This document shows, one piece after another, positions 45,713 to 58,070 of a stretch of 64,000 bases of DNA (position 1 is its first letter; each line of letters opens with the position of its first letter). Source of the stretch: an uncultured Verrucomicrobiae bacterium (lineage in GTDB: Bacteria; Verrucomicrobiota; Verrucomicrobiia; Chthoniobacterales; UBA10450). Under the pieces are notes generated by a model. It did not search any database, was not told the DNA's origin, and saw nothing but the letters and a program-made list of their open reading frames with translations. The position numbers and the translations under genes are program-made. Location of the stretch: the NCBI GenBank assembly GCA_963801815.1, contig CAWDGJ010000002.1:256001-320000 (forward strand), given 5' to 3'.

Positions 45713-47957
45713 TTAAAAACGACGGCGTGCTGGAACGGGTGTCGGCTGCGGCGCCGGACGTTTTGCTCCAAAAAGCCGTTCGAAAAAGTTAAGTGGTCGC
45801 GGCGTTGGCGCCGGAGCGGCCCGGACTACACGCGGCCGCTTCGAAACCTGCCCTTGGGCGTCGGGCTCCTGTTCCACATCTGGCGACGCGTTATCGCTCG
45901 CCATTTGCGCATCGGCGGTAGAAGCAACCGCGCTTTCTTCATCGTCGCTCCCACCGACATTCAAGCCCTTGAACTCTACCGACTTGACCAACTCGAAAGG
46001 ATTTGGGTGATGCGCGGGAGCCTCCCAGGCAAGCTGCATGTCGAAGTTGCCTTCGTCCATGGCCACCGTGCGTTCCAAGATCCGTGTTGCAATCGGACCA
46101 GCAACCTCGCCGCCGTGTCCGGAAGCGCCCTGTACCATGACGATGACGACGTATTTCGGATTGTCGAACGGCGCGAAACACGCAAACCAGGCGACATTTT
46201 CCTCATGTCCGCGTTCGGTGGCCTGCGCCGTCCCGGTCTTGCCGGCAACGACAACATTTTTCAGTCGCGCGCGTCCACCGGTGCCGCCGTCCTCGTTCAC
46301 GACTTTCCACAAACCTTTTCGCACGAGTTCGATCTGCTCCGGGGTAACTTCACGCCGAAGATCAGACCGGACTCGCGGCGCGAAACTTGCCGCCTTCCCT
46401 TGTTCATTAAGAACCGGAGTGCCGTCCTGATTAAGCACCTTGTCGATCAACCGCGGGTAATAACATGTGCCACCATTGGCCACCGCGGCATAGGCTATTG
46501 CCAGCTGCAATGGCGAAACCAAGGTATAGCCCTGACCGATTGAAACGTTCGCGGTTTGGGCTGACGACCAGCGCTCCTGCGGATGATGAATCTGCATCCA
46601 CTCCGGTCCCGGCATATTGCCAGTCTGCTCGCCACTCAATTGCAGACCCGATTCTTCCCCGATCCCAAGCATTTTTCCGATTACGTCGATCGACTGAATC
46701 CCCGCGGCGTTGCCGTACTGATAGAAAAAGGAATCGCACGAAACTTTGAGCGCATCGGCCAGGCCGATCGTCCCGTGAGTATAATGTTTTGACGCTACCC
46801 AGCATTGAAAGAAGTGGTCGCCATAACTCACCCCGCCGCCGCAATTGTACTTGTTGTTCGTTAGGCCTTTCCGCAATCCAGCCAGCGAAGTGATGATCTT
46901 AAATGTCGAGCCCGGCGGAAGCCCACTGATCGCACGATTCACAAGTGGATCGGCTGGATCCTTTCGCAACGCCTGCCAATCCTTCGCCTTGATGCTTGGG
47001 ATAAAAGTGTTGGGGTCGAACGACGGGACCGACGCCATCGCCAGAATGTTGCCGTTATTTGGATCGACAACGACGGCGCCTGCGCGGCTGACAGCTCGCA
47101 ACGCTTCGTCGGTAATCGCCTGAATCCGCGCATCAATCGTTAGAAAAACATTCGCGCCCTGTTTCGGCGAATCTTCTTTCAATACGCCGTCAATCGTCCC
47201 CTTGGCATTACGTCGCAGGTAGCGAACCCCGGGTTTGCCGCGCAGATATTCGTCCATCGCTTTTTCGACGTTCGATTTACCGTCAACGTCGCCCTGATAG
47301 AACGTGAACTTCCTTGCTTCGTCCTGGTTGGTGTCGTCCGGTGCGCCGACATAACCGAGAATGTGCGACGCCAGCGCGCCGTAGACATACGAGCGCACCG
47401 GTTTGATCGCGATGTCGACTCCCGGAAGCCCGACGTCGTGCTCGGAAAACTTCGCCATCGTGGGGAAATCGATGTCCTTGATGTAGGAGTACGGCACTTC
47501 GGTGTCGTTTCGGTAATGCCGCTCGAGCTGCTTCGAATTGTAATCGCGGGCCAGATCAAGGTCCTCCAGGCGCGGCACGATTCCATCGTTCACGATCTTG
47601 ATGATGTCGGGCTCTTTCACGTCCTTCGGCATCCCGCTGATGATCGCTCGGTGTTCGGCAAGTGGCGGCGGACCGAAACCGCTCGCGATAGCCTTTCACC
47701 ATTTCGGGAAGGTAAAAATCGACCTCGTAGCTGGCGCGGTTCTGCACCAGCGTCAGTCCGTTGCGATCCTTGATCTCGCCGCGCACCGATGGAATGCGCA
47801 CTGTCGCCTGCGAGCTTCCGCGAATCTGCGCGGTCCATTCCGCGCCGTGCGCCACCTGAATCCACCACAGCCGCAAGCCGAGCGCGCCCATTCCCAGCAG
47901 CATCAACAAGCCGAGAAACTGAATACGTAATCGCGGATTAAGTCGGCGTCGATTCAT
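45713..47957 (-). CDS. mrdA: Penicillin-binding protein 2; indels near 47630-47680
   Basis: N-terminal TM helix plus RGEIKDRNG; PGSTFK, SCD and GKTGT motifs; follows mreD. Confidence 0.93.
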
Positions 47958-48498
47958 TGTTCAAAGGTCCTTTCCGGCAGATACGGATAACGCGAAATCC
48001 GCGCAATCCAGTTCAATATCCAAAAAATCACCGGCGCCATCAGCATTGCCATCAAACCCGGTCCGCCAATTTGCCACCAGACTTCGCGCGTAAACATGAA
48101 AGTCCCGCGCCGAAAGGTGATCATCAGATATTGCGCCAAAATAATTGCGGAAGTGCAGATGCCGGTCAGCACACAATGAACTTCCCAGCGGCCGCGAACG
48201 AACAGAGGCCTTAGGCCATGCATAATTCCCGCCAGCACAGCGTAAATAAGTATCGACGAGCCGAGCGAGATTTCAACTCTGCTGCCCGATCACCTGCACG
48301 GTGAGCGCGTCGAGCAAAACTCCGGCGAACAGCGCCAGTGCCAGCATCAACGGAAACGGCAACGCCATCGCGCCATAAAAAACGATCACCGGCACGATGT
48401 AAATGTGCGCGTGATACATCCAGTCCAGCGGCGGAATAAAAAACTCCGCGATCTGCGCGATCACTAAACAGAATTAGCAGTATGAAAAAGAAAATCAT
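47954..48498 (-). CDS. mreD: Rod shape-determining protein MreD-like, with indels
   Basis: Hydrophobic fragments (LFAGVLLDAL) between mreC and mrdA, with ATGA overlaps. Confidence 0.7.
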
Positions 48499-49302
48499 TT
48501 CCGTCCCGTGACCACGAACACGTCCTCCAGGTGCGAAAGATCGACCGCCGGCGCGAGCTTGCGCCTGACCGTCAAGTTCGCGAACCTTGAAACTTTTCAC
48601 CGTCCCGAGAAATAATCCGGAGGGAAAAACGCCGCCCACGCCGGAAGTGTAGGCTTTTTGTCCCGGTCTCCAGGTTCGCTTGCTTTGTCAAAAAATTCAG
48701 ATCGAGCAACGGCGCCAATCCGCCCGACAACCCGTTCGCCCGAAACAATTCCCTGCTCGCGCGTGCCTTCGACCGAAGCCGCGACTTTGCAGTTTTCATC
48801 CGAGACCAGAAGCACAACGGAAATCGTGTTGCTCACCGTTGTGGTTTTTCCGACGAGTCCTTCATCCGTCACCACCGGCATGTCGGTCTCGATACCGTCT
48901 TCCTTGCCGCGATTGATCGTTACCGTGTGCCACCAGGTCGACGCATCGCGCGTCACGATTTCCGCCGGGATCAAGTTTGAACACCGAACGCTCGCGATAA
49001 TTGAGCGCGTGCCGCAGCCGGTTCACTTCGTGTTCGACGTCGCGCAACGCCGAGTTCGTCGCGCGCAACTGGCGGTTGTCCACCCGCAGGCCGGCGTTTT
49101 CCTTTTCCAGTTCGTCGAGCGACTTCAATCCTGTTCGCACGGAAGTGATTTGCTTTTGCAAACCCGAGCCGGTCGTCAAAAAAGGCGCGAGCAATTGATA
49201 AACGCTCGCCTGAAATTTGCGCGTTGTGTCCGCGCCGAAACTCAGGAAGTAACCGAGAATCGCGCCGAAAATCAGCAGCGCGATGATGCTGGTCCGGCTC
49301 AT
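48495..49302 (-). CDS. mreC: Rod shape-determining protein MreC, with indels
   Basis: Coiled coil ELEKEN..LR; INRGKEDGI..PVVTDEGLVGK; TSGVGGVFPSG. Confidence 0.9.
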
Positions 49303-49306
49303 CGCA

Positions 49307-49393
49307 TTGCGGATCGCAGATTAATGATTGCGGATTGAAATGATCGAGATCAGCGAGTCCGCTCGCAATCGCAATTCGAATCCAATCTGCAAT
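49307..49393. repeat. Inverted heptamer arrays (TTGCGGA / AATCNGC)
   Basis: ttgcgga tcgcaga ttaatga ttgcgga ttga ... aatcgc aattcg aatcc aatctgc aat between mreB and mreC. Confidence 0.65.
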
Positions 49394-49394
49394 G

Positions 49395-50505
<1,111 letters not shown>

Positions 50506-50567
50506 CTAACGGGCTGAAACGCCGGTAACATGAAACAGCGGCTCGCGTCGTCAAGCTCTTATATATA

Positions 50568-50638
50568 TGGAGTGCGGAGCCGATGGCGCAGAATGTTGCA
50601 TTGTTCCGATACTCCAATACTCCTCACTCCATACTCCA
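50568..50638. repeat. Inverted 7-8 nt periodic array (TGGAGT / ACTCCA)
   Basis: tggagtgcggagccgatgg...cgatactc caatactc ctcactc catactc ca, running into the rpe ATG. Confidence 0.6.
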
Positions 50639-51292
50639 TGCCAGTTCTGTCGCTCCCTCGATTCTGGCGCGATTTCCGCCTGGCCGAGGAAATCGCAAAG
50701 GGTCGAAGCAGCCGGGGCTGATTGGATCCATTGCGACATCATGGACGGCCATTTCGTCGACAACATTTCGTTCGGCCCGGCGATCGTCGGTTTCGTCCGC
50801 AAACAAACGAAGCTGCCGCTTGATGTGCATCTCATGATCGAACACGCCGATCATTACGTGCCGCGATTTGTCGATGCCGGCGCGAATTCAATCACCGTTC
50901 ACGTCGAGGCCGAAGCGAAACACGACGTTGGGAAAACTTTGACAGCAAATTCGCGATGCGAGATGCCGCGCCGGCTTAACCTTGAATCCGGCGACCGATT
51001 TCGCAACTGGTCGAGCCGTTTCTCGACCAGATCGACCTGTTGCTGGTTATGACCGTTCATCCCGGATTTCGGCGGCCAACCTTTTCGGACCGATCAAATG
51101 GACAAAGTGAAACGAGCCGCCGCCTGGAACAAATCGCGGGAGCGACCAATCGACATCGAAGTGGATGGCGGGATCAATCCGGAGACCGCGCGCACTTCGA
51201 TTCAGAACGGCGCGAACGTTCTGGTCGCCGGCACTTCAATTTTTCACACGAAGGATTACGCGAAAGCAATTCGCGATTTGCGCGGCGGGTAG
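50638..51292 (+). CDS. rpe: Ribulose-phosphate 3-epimerase, multiple indels
   Basis: [44 protein letters not shown]. Confidence 0.93.
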
Positions 51293-51293
51293 A

Positions 51294-53030
51294 TTAGCGC
51301 GTGACCGGTTCGGCCTCTTCGGTCGTTTCCGCCATCACTTCGTCGGTTTGCGTGACGCGGACGACTTCTTCAATCGTCGTCTTGCCTTGCGCGACGCGAC
51401 GCCAGCCGTCCTGTCGCAACGTCATCATCCCTTCGGAAATCGCGCATTGCTTCAATTCGCCGCCGTCGCGTTTTTGCATGATCATTTTCCGCAACGGCTC
51501 GGTGACGACGCAAATCTCGTAGATCGCAGTGCGGCCCTGATAGCCGGTGTGCCGGCAAGCTTCGCAACCTTTGCCGCGTGAGAATCTCGTGCCGAGTTCC
51601 TTCACCGGAAATCCGATCTCGGCCAGATACTCACTCGGATATTCGACCAGTTCGGAACATTCCGGGCAAATCGTGCGCACCAGCCGTTGGGCGATGAACG
51701 ATTTCACGACCGACGCGAGCAGGAACGGCTCAACATCCATGTCGAGCAAACGGGTGATGCCGCCGACGGCGTCGTTCGTGTGCAAAGTGCTGAAGACAAG
51801 GTGACCGGTCATCGCCGCGCGAATCGCGATGTCCGCGGTTTCGACGTCTCGAATTTCACCGACCATCACCACGTTCGGGTCCTGTCGCAAAATGTGACGC
51901 AGTCCGCGGGCGAAGGTGAAATTGATTTCCGGTTTCACGTCCATCTGCAAAACGCCGGCCAGTTTGTATTCGACCGGTTCCTCGATCGTGATGATGCGGC
52001 GTTGCACCGAATTGATCGTGCTCAGGAAGCAATAGAGCGACGTCGATTTTCCGCAGCCGGTCGGGCCGGTGAGCAGAATGATTCCGTTCGGCTGGGCCAG
52101 CAGATGCCGAATTGTTTTTTCCTGCTTCTTGCCGAGGTCGAGCCGTTCGAATCCGAATTGCTGACCGCCGCGGCTGAGCAAACGCAAGCTGATCGATTCG
52201 CCGTTCACGGTCGGAATCGTCGAAACGCGGACGTCGATTTCCTGGTTGTTCGCCTGCAAATTCATGCGGCCGTCCTGTGGCAGCCGGCGCTCGGCGATGT
52301 CCATCTGCGACATGACCTTCAAGCGCGAGATGATGGCCGAATGGAGCACGCGCAACTGCGGCGGCACTGCGACTTCGTGCAAAATGCCGTCGATCCGGTA
52401 ACGAATCCGAATGTCGTTCTCGAGCGGCTCGACGTGAATGTCGGTCGCGCGCTCGACGATTGCTTCGCGGATGATCTGGTTCACGAACTTCACCACCGAT
52501 GCTTCCGGATCGTCCGAGCTGATGTCGGTCGCGGTTTCGCCTTCCTGCAAAATCTCGAAGTCGCGTTTGCTCTTGAGAATTTCGTCGAACGTTTCCGCGC
52601 CGACGCCGTAGAGCGTTTTCATCGCGCGGAGCAGTTGGGCGCGCGGCACCAGCACCCATTCGGCCGGTTTTTTCAAAAGCTGACCGGCAAGCTGCCGGCC
52701 TAACGAATTGAACAGATCGTAGGTCGCAAGCACAACCGAGTTCTCCTTTATCTCGATCGGTAAAATGTGATGTTGGAAAACGAAACGGCTCGGCAGGATC
52801 GACAAGGTATTGCGGTCAATCGTTTTGGGATCGAGCGAGATGACCGGCACGCGGAAAAATGCTCCGATGACGTTGAGAAACCTCTGCTCGTCAACTTTCC
52901 CGGAATCCAGAACCTGCGCGGTCCACGATCCGCCGTTCATGTTCTGCGCGAGCTGGGCGGCTTCCTCGCGCGTCGACACACCGCTGGCCAACAACAGGTC
53001 GATAACGGACTGGCTCGCATTCTGATTCAT
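51294..53030 (-). CDS. gspE: GspE/PulE/PilB family secretion ATPase
   Basis: GPTGCGKST, RQDPNVVMVGEIRD, TGHLVFSTLHTN, CxxC...CxxC. Confidence 0.92.
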   Translation of the reverse strand: MNQNASQSVIDLLLASGVSTREEAAQLAQNMNGGSWTAQVLDSGKVDEQRFLNVIGAFFRVPVISLDPKTIDRNTLSILPSRFVFQHHILPIEIKENSVVLATYDLFNSLGRQLAGQLLKKPAEWVLVPRAQLLRAMKTLYGVGAETFDEILKSKRDFEILQEGETATDISSDDPEASVVKFVNQIIREAIVERATDIHVEPLENDIRIRYRIDGILHEVAVPPQLRVLHSAIISRLKVMSQMDIAERRLPQDGRMNLQANNQEIDVRVSTIPTVNGESISLRLLSRGGQQFGFERLDLGKKQEKTIRHLLAQPNGIILLTGPTGCGKSTSLYCFLSTINSVQRRIITIEEPVEYKLAGVLQMDVKPEINFTFARGLRHILRQDPNVVMVGEIRDVETADIAIRAAMTGHLVFSTLHTNDAVGGITRLLDMDVEPFLLASVVKSFIAQRLVRTICPECSELVEYPSEYLAEIGFPVKELGTRFSRGKGCEACRHTGYQGRTAIYEICVVTEPLRKMIMQKRDGGELKQCAISEGMMTLRQDGWRRVAQGKTTIEEVVRVTQTDEVMAETTEEAEPVTR

Positions 53031-53086
53031 GTATTGGCCGCCTATTTTACCTCAAATCGCGAGAAATGCAGCAATCGACGTGGATT

Positions 53087-53207
53087 TGGGGTGCGCACGC
53101 GCCTCGCGTGCTGGCGATCGCGCCCACGCGATCGCGAACTATTATTTATAAAAGAGAGGAATTTCGGCGAGGCGCCGAAATCGACACCCGAGGCGGGTGT
53201 GCTCCCC
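53087..53207. repeat. Multi-hairpin (cruciform-like) intergenic element
   Basis: Ends ggggtgcgcac / gtgtgctcccc; internal hairpins cacgcg..cgcgtg, cgatcgcg..cgcgatcg, atttcggcg..cgccgaaat. Confidence 0.65.
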
Positions 53208-53216
53208 GGAAGCGAA

Positions 53217-53642
53217 TCAAGGCAGATGGAGGGTCCGCCGCACGGGAACGGTCAATGTTCCCGTCACTCGCTGGGAATAATTCTTTTGCAGGCGCGCGAT
53301 CGCTTCGCTGACCTCGACCGTATAAACTCCGTCAATCGGCCCGCAATAATAACCGAGCCGTTTCAAGTCGCGTTGCAGCGCGCCAACATAGGCCGGGTGG
53401 GTGACTAATTCCCGTCCGGACATTGAATAATACGGCACCCGGGAACCGAATCGCGGCGCGAAATCGACGTCGTAGACCGTGGTCCGGCTTTGATGCAAAA
53501 AGTCCAGGTCGTCGCGCGCCGCCAAACTATCCGAGTGATGAAAGAGAGGCGTGTAGGGCGGGTCGTAGATAAACGTCTCGAAAAATTGCGCGCTCGCACT
53601 CCGCAGGCCGATAAAGATGAGGATCAGGAAAAGTTTTTTCAT
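53217..53642 (-). CDS. Exported protein with peptidoglycan-binding domain
   Basis: VGALQRDLKRLGYYCGPIDGVY..AIARLQ (PG_binding_1 pattern). Confidence 0.85.
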   Translation of the reverse strand: MKKLFLILIFIGLRSASAQFFETFIYDPPYTPLFHHSDSLAARDDLDFLHQSRTTVYDVDFAPRFGSRVPYYSMSGRELVTHPAYVGALQRDLKRLGYYCGPIDGVYTVEVSEAIARLQKNYSQRVTGTLTVPVRRTLHLP

Positions 53643-53645
53643 AAG

Positions 53646-56197
53646 CTAGTGAGCTTTGGTTGTTTCTTCCTTTCCAAATGGAAGATCGGGCGGCGGCAAT
53701 TGTTTGTCGAGTTGCTTCTCTTCGATCCCGCTTGGCGGACAATCCGGGCAATAACCTTGATCGATCTCCGGTCCGAAATGGGTGTGGTCTTCGGTTTTTT
53801 CACGCAGACGCATTTGATCAAGTTTGGTCAGCGTGACCTCGGGGCACATCAAGATGATCAACTCGCTGCGCGTCCGGGTGTAGGTTGTGCTGCGGAAAGC
53901 CGCGCCGAGATACGGAATTTTGTCCAGCACCGGTATACCTCCATAAGTCTTCTGCTTGTTGTCCTGAATCAAGCCGCCAAGGACAATTGTCGATCCGTTC
54001 GCCGCAGAGACGTTGGTCCGAATGTAACGCGTCGCGATGGTCGGCACGTTATTGCCACCGATGTTCACGTTTCCGCCAGCTACGAGACTGTCGATCTTCT
54101 GGAGAATATCCAGTGAGACTTCCTTATCTGAGTTGATCAAAGGAACGACTTCAAGTTGAAGCGCGACTTTCTTGTATTCGATGTTCGAAGCCACCGCGGC
54201 GACACCGGTTGTGTTGGTAACGCCGGTGGTTCCAACATTGCTCAGCGTGTTGACCGGAATTGGCACTTCCTGACCAGAGGCGATTATCGCTTTCTTGTTG
54301 TTGCTCGTGAAAACCATTGGTCGCGAAATGACTTGGAATTTCCCAGTCGACTCGAGCGCATGCACGATCGTGGCCAGATAATTGCCAGCAGAAATGAAAA
54401 CGTTTGTGCCGCTGGCCACACTCGCAAGCGCGTTTCCGAAATTGACCAAGCCTGCTGGATCCAAGACTGAGCCCGAGCCAATTACTGGCGTCCCGCCCCC
54501 CGTCGGGGTTGCTGAAGATAGCGGATTGGGAATCGTCACGTTCGTATTGCGAGAAATCCCCACGACCTTTTGATCGTACTTCGCGAACCAATCGACCCCA
54601 AGTTCTTCGTCGTTGGTAAGACTCAGTTCCCCGATCACGGTGCTAAGCGCGACTTGGGGCGCCTGCACGTCCATTTCGTCGAGAACCTTCTGAACCTTGA
54701 CGACGACTTCCTTGTTCCCGAGGACGATGATGGAATTTGCACGCTGATCTGCGATGATTTTGGCGTTGCCAACCGTGACGGCTTTCGGCGTCGTATCGAT
54801 GGCTTGGGTTTGAAGTTCCTCGGAGATATTTAATGTACTTTCGCCGCCACCGGTGCCGCCATAAGAACTGGAAGTTGTCGAGGTCGCCGCGCCACCGCCT
54901 GTCGCGGTCGCCGTCGTTGTGCGGCGTTGTGGAGGCGGACTGGCACCGGCACCACCCACTGCTTCGCCGCCGCCACCGGTCTGCCCTGGTTCGGTCAATG
55001 CCTGTACGATGACCGGCAACACGTCGGCTGCGGAAATATATCTGAGGGTGCGCGTGACCGGTTTGGCAAATTCCACGTTTGCATCGAATTCCGCGATCAA
55101 TTTGCGAACGAACGGCATGTTGACCGGGCGCGTGATGACGTGGATGCGGTTCGTGCGCACGTCAGCCTCAAGTTTAATTTTTCCGACGATGACCGATTCC
55201 TCGGTCAGTGCAGTTAAACCGGCAAGCTCGGGCGTTTCGGCTGTCTGGATCTGCACATTCGGTGCGTTGACCGGGCGAACACCCGGGCGATATCCCGGCT
55301 GGCCGGGTTGAGCGGCTTCTGTCCGTCTTCTCGAAAACATCTTTGAGCATGTCTACCACTTTGCTCGCATCGGCGCGCTCCAGTTTGATGAACTCGCTTA
55401 CGACCTCGGCCGGCGGCACGTCCACCTGGTCAATGATTTTCGCCAAAGTCCGGATCACGCTCGAATTCTCGGTCACCAAAATCGCGCCGGCTTTGGGCAG
55501 CGCGAGAAACGAAGTGTACGGTTGCGGCGGCGACAAATATTGTCCGAGCGCCTGGAGCAATTCCTGCGGGTCGGCGTAGCGCAGCTTAAACAAATAGCTG
55601 ATGACATGATCGCCGTCCGGTATCTCCGATTCGTCGGAAATGATTGGCACGCCGGTCGTGCGCGGATTTTTTCCCGTGCCGATGACTTTGACGAGATCGC
55701 CTTCGGAAGGAATGAGCGCGTATCCGTTCAGCAACAAACTGATCTCGATAATCTTGATCGCTTCATCGCGCGGCACGTTTTTGCTCAAAAAAATGTTCAC
55801 CTTGCCGGTAACGAAATTGTCCAGGATCAGCTTCTTGCCGGTGAGCGATTCGTAAAACCGCAGCACGTCGGTCGACGTCGCTGTTTGGAAATTGCAGCTT
55901 GACCATCTGCTGCTGAGGATTGGCTCCAGGCGGCGCGACCACTCTCGGCACGGCTGGCGTTGGTCGAGTTGCGGCAAACGAACCCTGCTGCTGGGCCGCT
56001 TGGGCTTGGGCTTGTGCGACTATGGCCGGTACTTCAATCTGATCAGTATCTTCCGCAGCTGCTTCGTCACCGTCCGTGGTCGCATCGATTGTTTGCGGAG
56101 TCTCTCGGGGCTTGGGAGCGGAATGCGTGATTGGCGCGACCTGAGCGAAGCTCGCGCTCGCCGCCGCTAAAAACAAAACCCCAAAAATTCGGTACAC
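53646..56197 (-). CDS. gspD: Type II secretion secretin GspD; indels near 55330 and 55870
   Basis: N0/N1 domains (LRYADP, LERADA), ADQRANSIIV, secretin core (IVLGGLI..GIPVLDKIPYLG..ELIIL). Confidence 0.9.
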
Positions 56198-56364
56198 GAC
56201 CTTTATGATGAGCAGCGATGCTATCAGATGCGAACAAGCGGGTCAATTTGCTTCGGTCGCCAAAAACCGCGCGCCGGAAATGGTCTGACACGATATTGCG
56301 ACGACGTCGATCTTGACGGGCGAACATCAATCCGCTCTTTTAAGTCCGGGGGTTTCGATTTCTT

Positions 56365-56753
56365 ATGAAGACTTCATTCCGTCTGCTCGCCGCGGTTTTT
56401 GTTTTCGCTTTCGCCGACTTCAATTCAGCGCCGGCGATTTTGTTAGCGTGGTCATGCAGGCAGGCCAGATGCTGCCGTACAATCACTGTTCCCGGCGACC
56501 GAGTTCTTGGTGATCCGAAATTTTACGCAGCACGGATTCACCGGGACAAGTCGTGGCACTGTTTCTGTCTGAGCAATAGCCTGACATGGCACAGTCTAAC
56601 GAGCGTCGATTGTGATCCGACAGCGGCTCCGGAGCTTCACGTTAGAAGTAATTAACGAGTTGTCATCGCGGGACCCGCAACTGTCACGGTGACATGCGGC
56701 GATCGGCTGGGGATACGACTTGTTTTATCACCTATCGAAAGGGCGATGATTAA
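56365..56753 (+). CDS. Small exported protein of unknown family (IRNFTQ...IAGPA); sequence garbled
   Basis: Signal peptide MKTSFRLLAAVFVFAFA; fragments TITVPGDRVL, VIRNFTQ, LEVINE, VIAGPATVTVTC, FITYRKGDD-stop. Confidence 0.55.
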
Positions 56754-56786
56754 TTCGCGCAGTCATTGCCGGCTCGTGGCTCAACG

Positions 56787-57549
56787 ATGAAGACGCTGGT
56801 CGGAACTCTGCTGGCGGATCTCGATTCTTTGCCGGCGTTGCGTTCGCTATCGACTGACAATATCAAGACGCGCTTAATCACGAGCGCGACCCTAACATCA
56901 CATGTCAAAGACGGTCAGTATTTGACGATTAGGAATTTCACCCAAGACCGGTCCGCAACTCAACGCGGCGCCGTCATCGCGGGTGTGTTTCCAACCCCTG
57001 CTCCGACTCCGACCCCAACTCCGACTCCGACTCCGTACGCGCAACGCCAGCCCTGCTCAACAGTCCGTCCAACACCAACCCCTATCCCCAACTCCAACGC
57101 CCACACCAACTCCAACACCAACGCCACCGCCGACCGCCAATCTTTACGGACGGTGACCTACGGCTGCGATCACCGGCGCTTCGCCCGCAGAATTCATCAA
57201 ACCGATCATCATCGCGGGACCAGCCGTGTTGACCATCGATCCAGTTCGAGACGCGACGCTTTCAATCAACTTACCGGAAAACGCTGCAACCAAGTCAGCC
57301 GACGCCAACCCCGACGCCAACTCCACAGTCAACGACGAACTCCACGGTTCGACATCGTCTGAGGACTTCAACGTCGTCCGTTGGCGTTTCCTCCAGATCT
57401 CGCATTCGGTCGTCGCAACCGCATCAGGGTCGTCAGACGACGATGATGACACCTATTCCTCGACCCCAACGCCCACGCCGACTCCGATCCCGACCGCAAT
57501 ACCTTCAATTACTCCGACGCCTTCGCCAACGCCGACGCCTTCACGTTGA
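56787..57549 (+). CDS. Paralogous exported protein with Pro-Thr repeats; indels
   Basis: TIRNFTQD..RGAV, PTPTPTP tracts, EFIKPIIIAGPAVLTID, C-terminal PT tail. Confidence 0.6.
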
Positions 57550-58002
57550 TGCGCCCACTTCGGTTCGGCTTTTTTTGTTTCGCGATAATTGCCGGTTCGA
57601 TTCTGGCCGAAGAGCCGGCTGACAACATTTCGTCCGAGATTCAAAACGTTCTTCAGCGCCCAGCAAGAGGCCTGGAACCGCGGAGATATCGACGCCTTCA
57701 TGAACGGTTACTGGCGCTCAGAACAAACGGTTTTTGTTTCCGGCGACGACGTCACCCGCGGCTGGCAGAAAGTTCTCGATCGCTACAAGGCGAAATACTC
57801 CGACCGCGCCAAAATGGGAACGCTGACGTTTTCGGAAATCGAAATCAACTCGTTGAGTAACGATTCAGCCGTCGCGCTTGGCAGTTGGAAATTGAAGCGC
57901 GCGGCTGACGAGCCTCACGGCCGCTTCACTTTGATCTTTCGCCACTTTCCTGACGGCTGGAGAATCGTCCACGATCACACGAGCGCAGCCGAAACCAAAT
58001 AG
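57549..58002 (+). CDS. NTF2-like / DUF4440 exported protein; indel near 57650
   Basis: QQEAWNRGDIDAFMNGYW..GRFTLIF..WRIVHDHTS. Confidence 0.88.
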
Positions 58003-58009
58003 CTCACGA

Positions 58010-58070
58010 ACTCAGGAAAGCAGGAAACGAGTTACTATTCTAAAGAATTCCTGCGTTCTTGCTTTCCTTA
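58010..58070. repeat. Inverted periodic array (CAGGAA / TTCCTG) between convergent genes
   Basis: ctcaggaaagcaggaaa ... ttcctgcgttcttgctttcct. Confidence 0.55.

Noticed and set aside
56990..57545. CRISPR-like or DNA-level tandem repeats (ccgact/ccaacg units)
   Set aside because: The 6-nt units vary at third codon positions and encode Pro-Thr linkers. There is no repeat-spacer structure and no cas gene.
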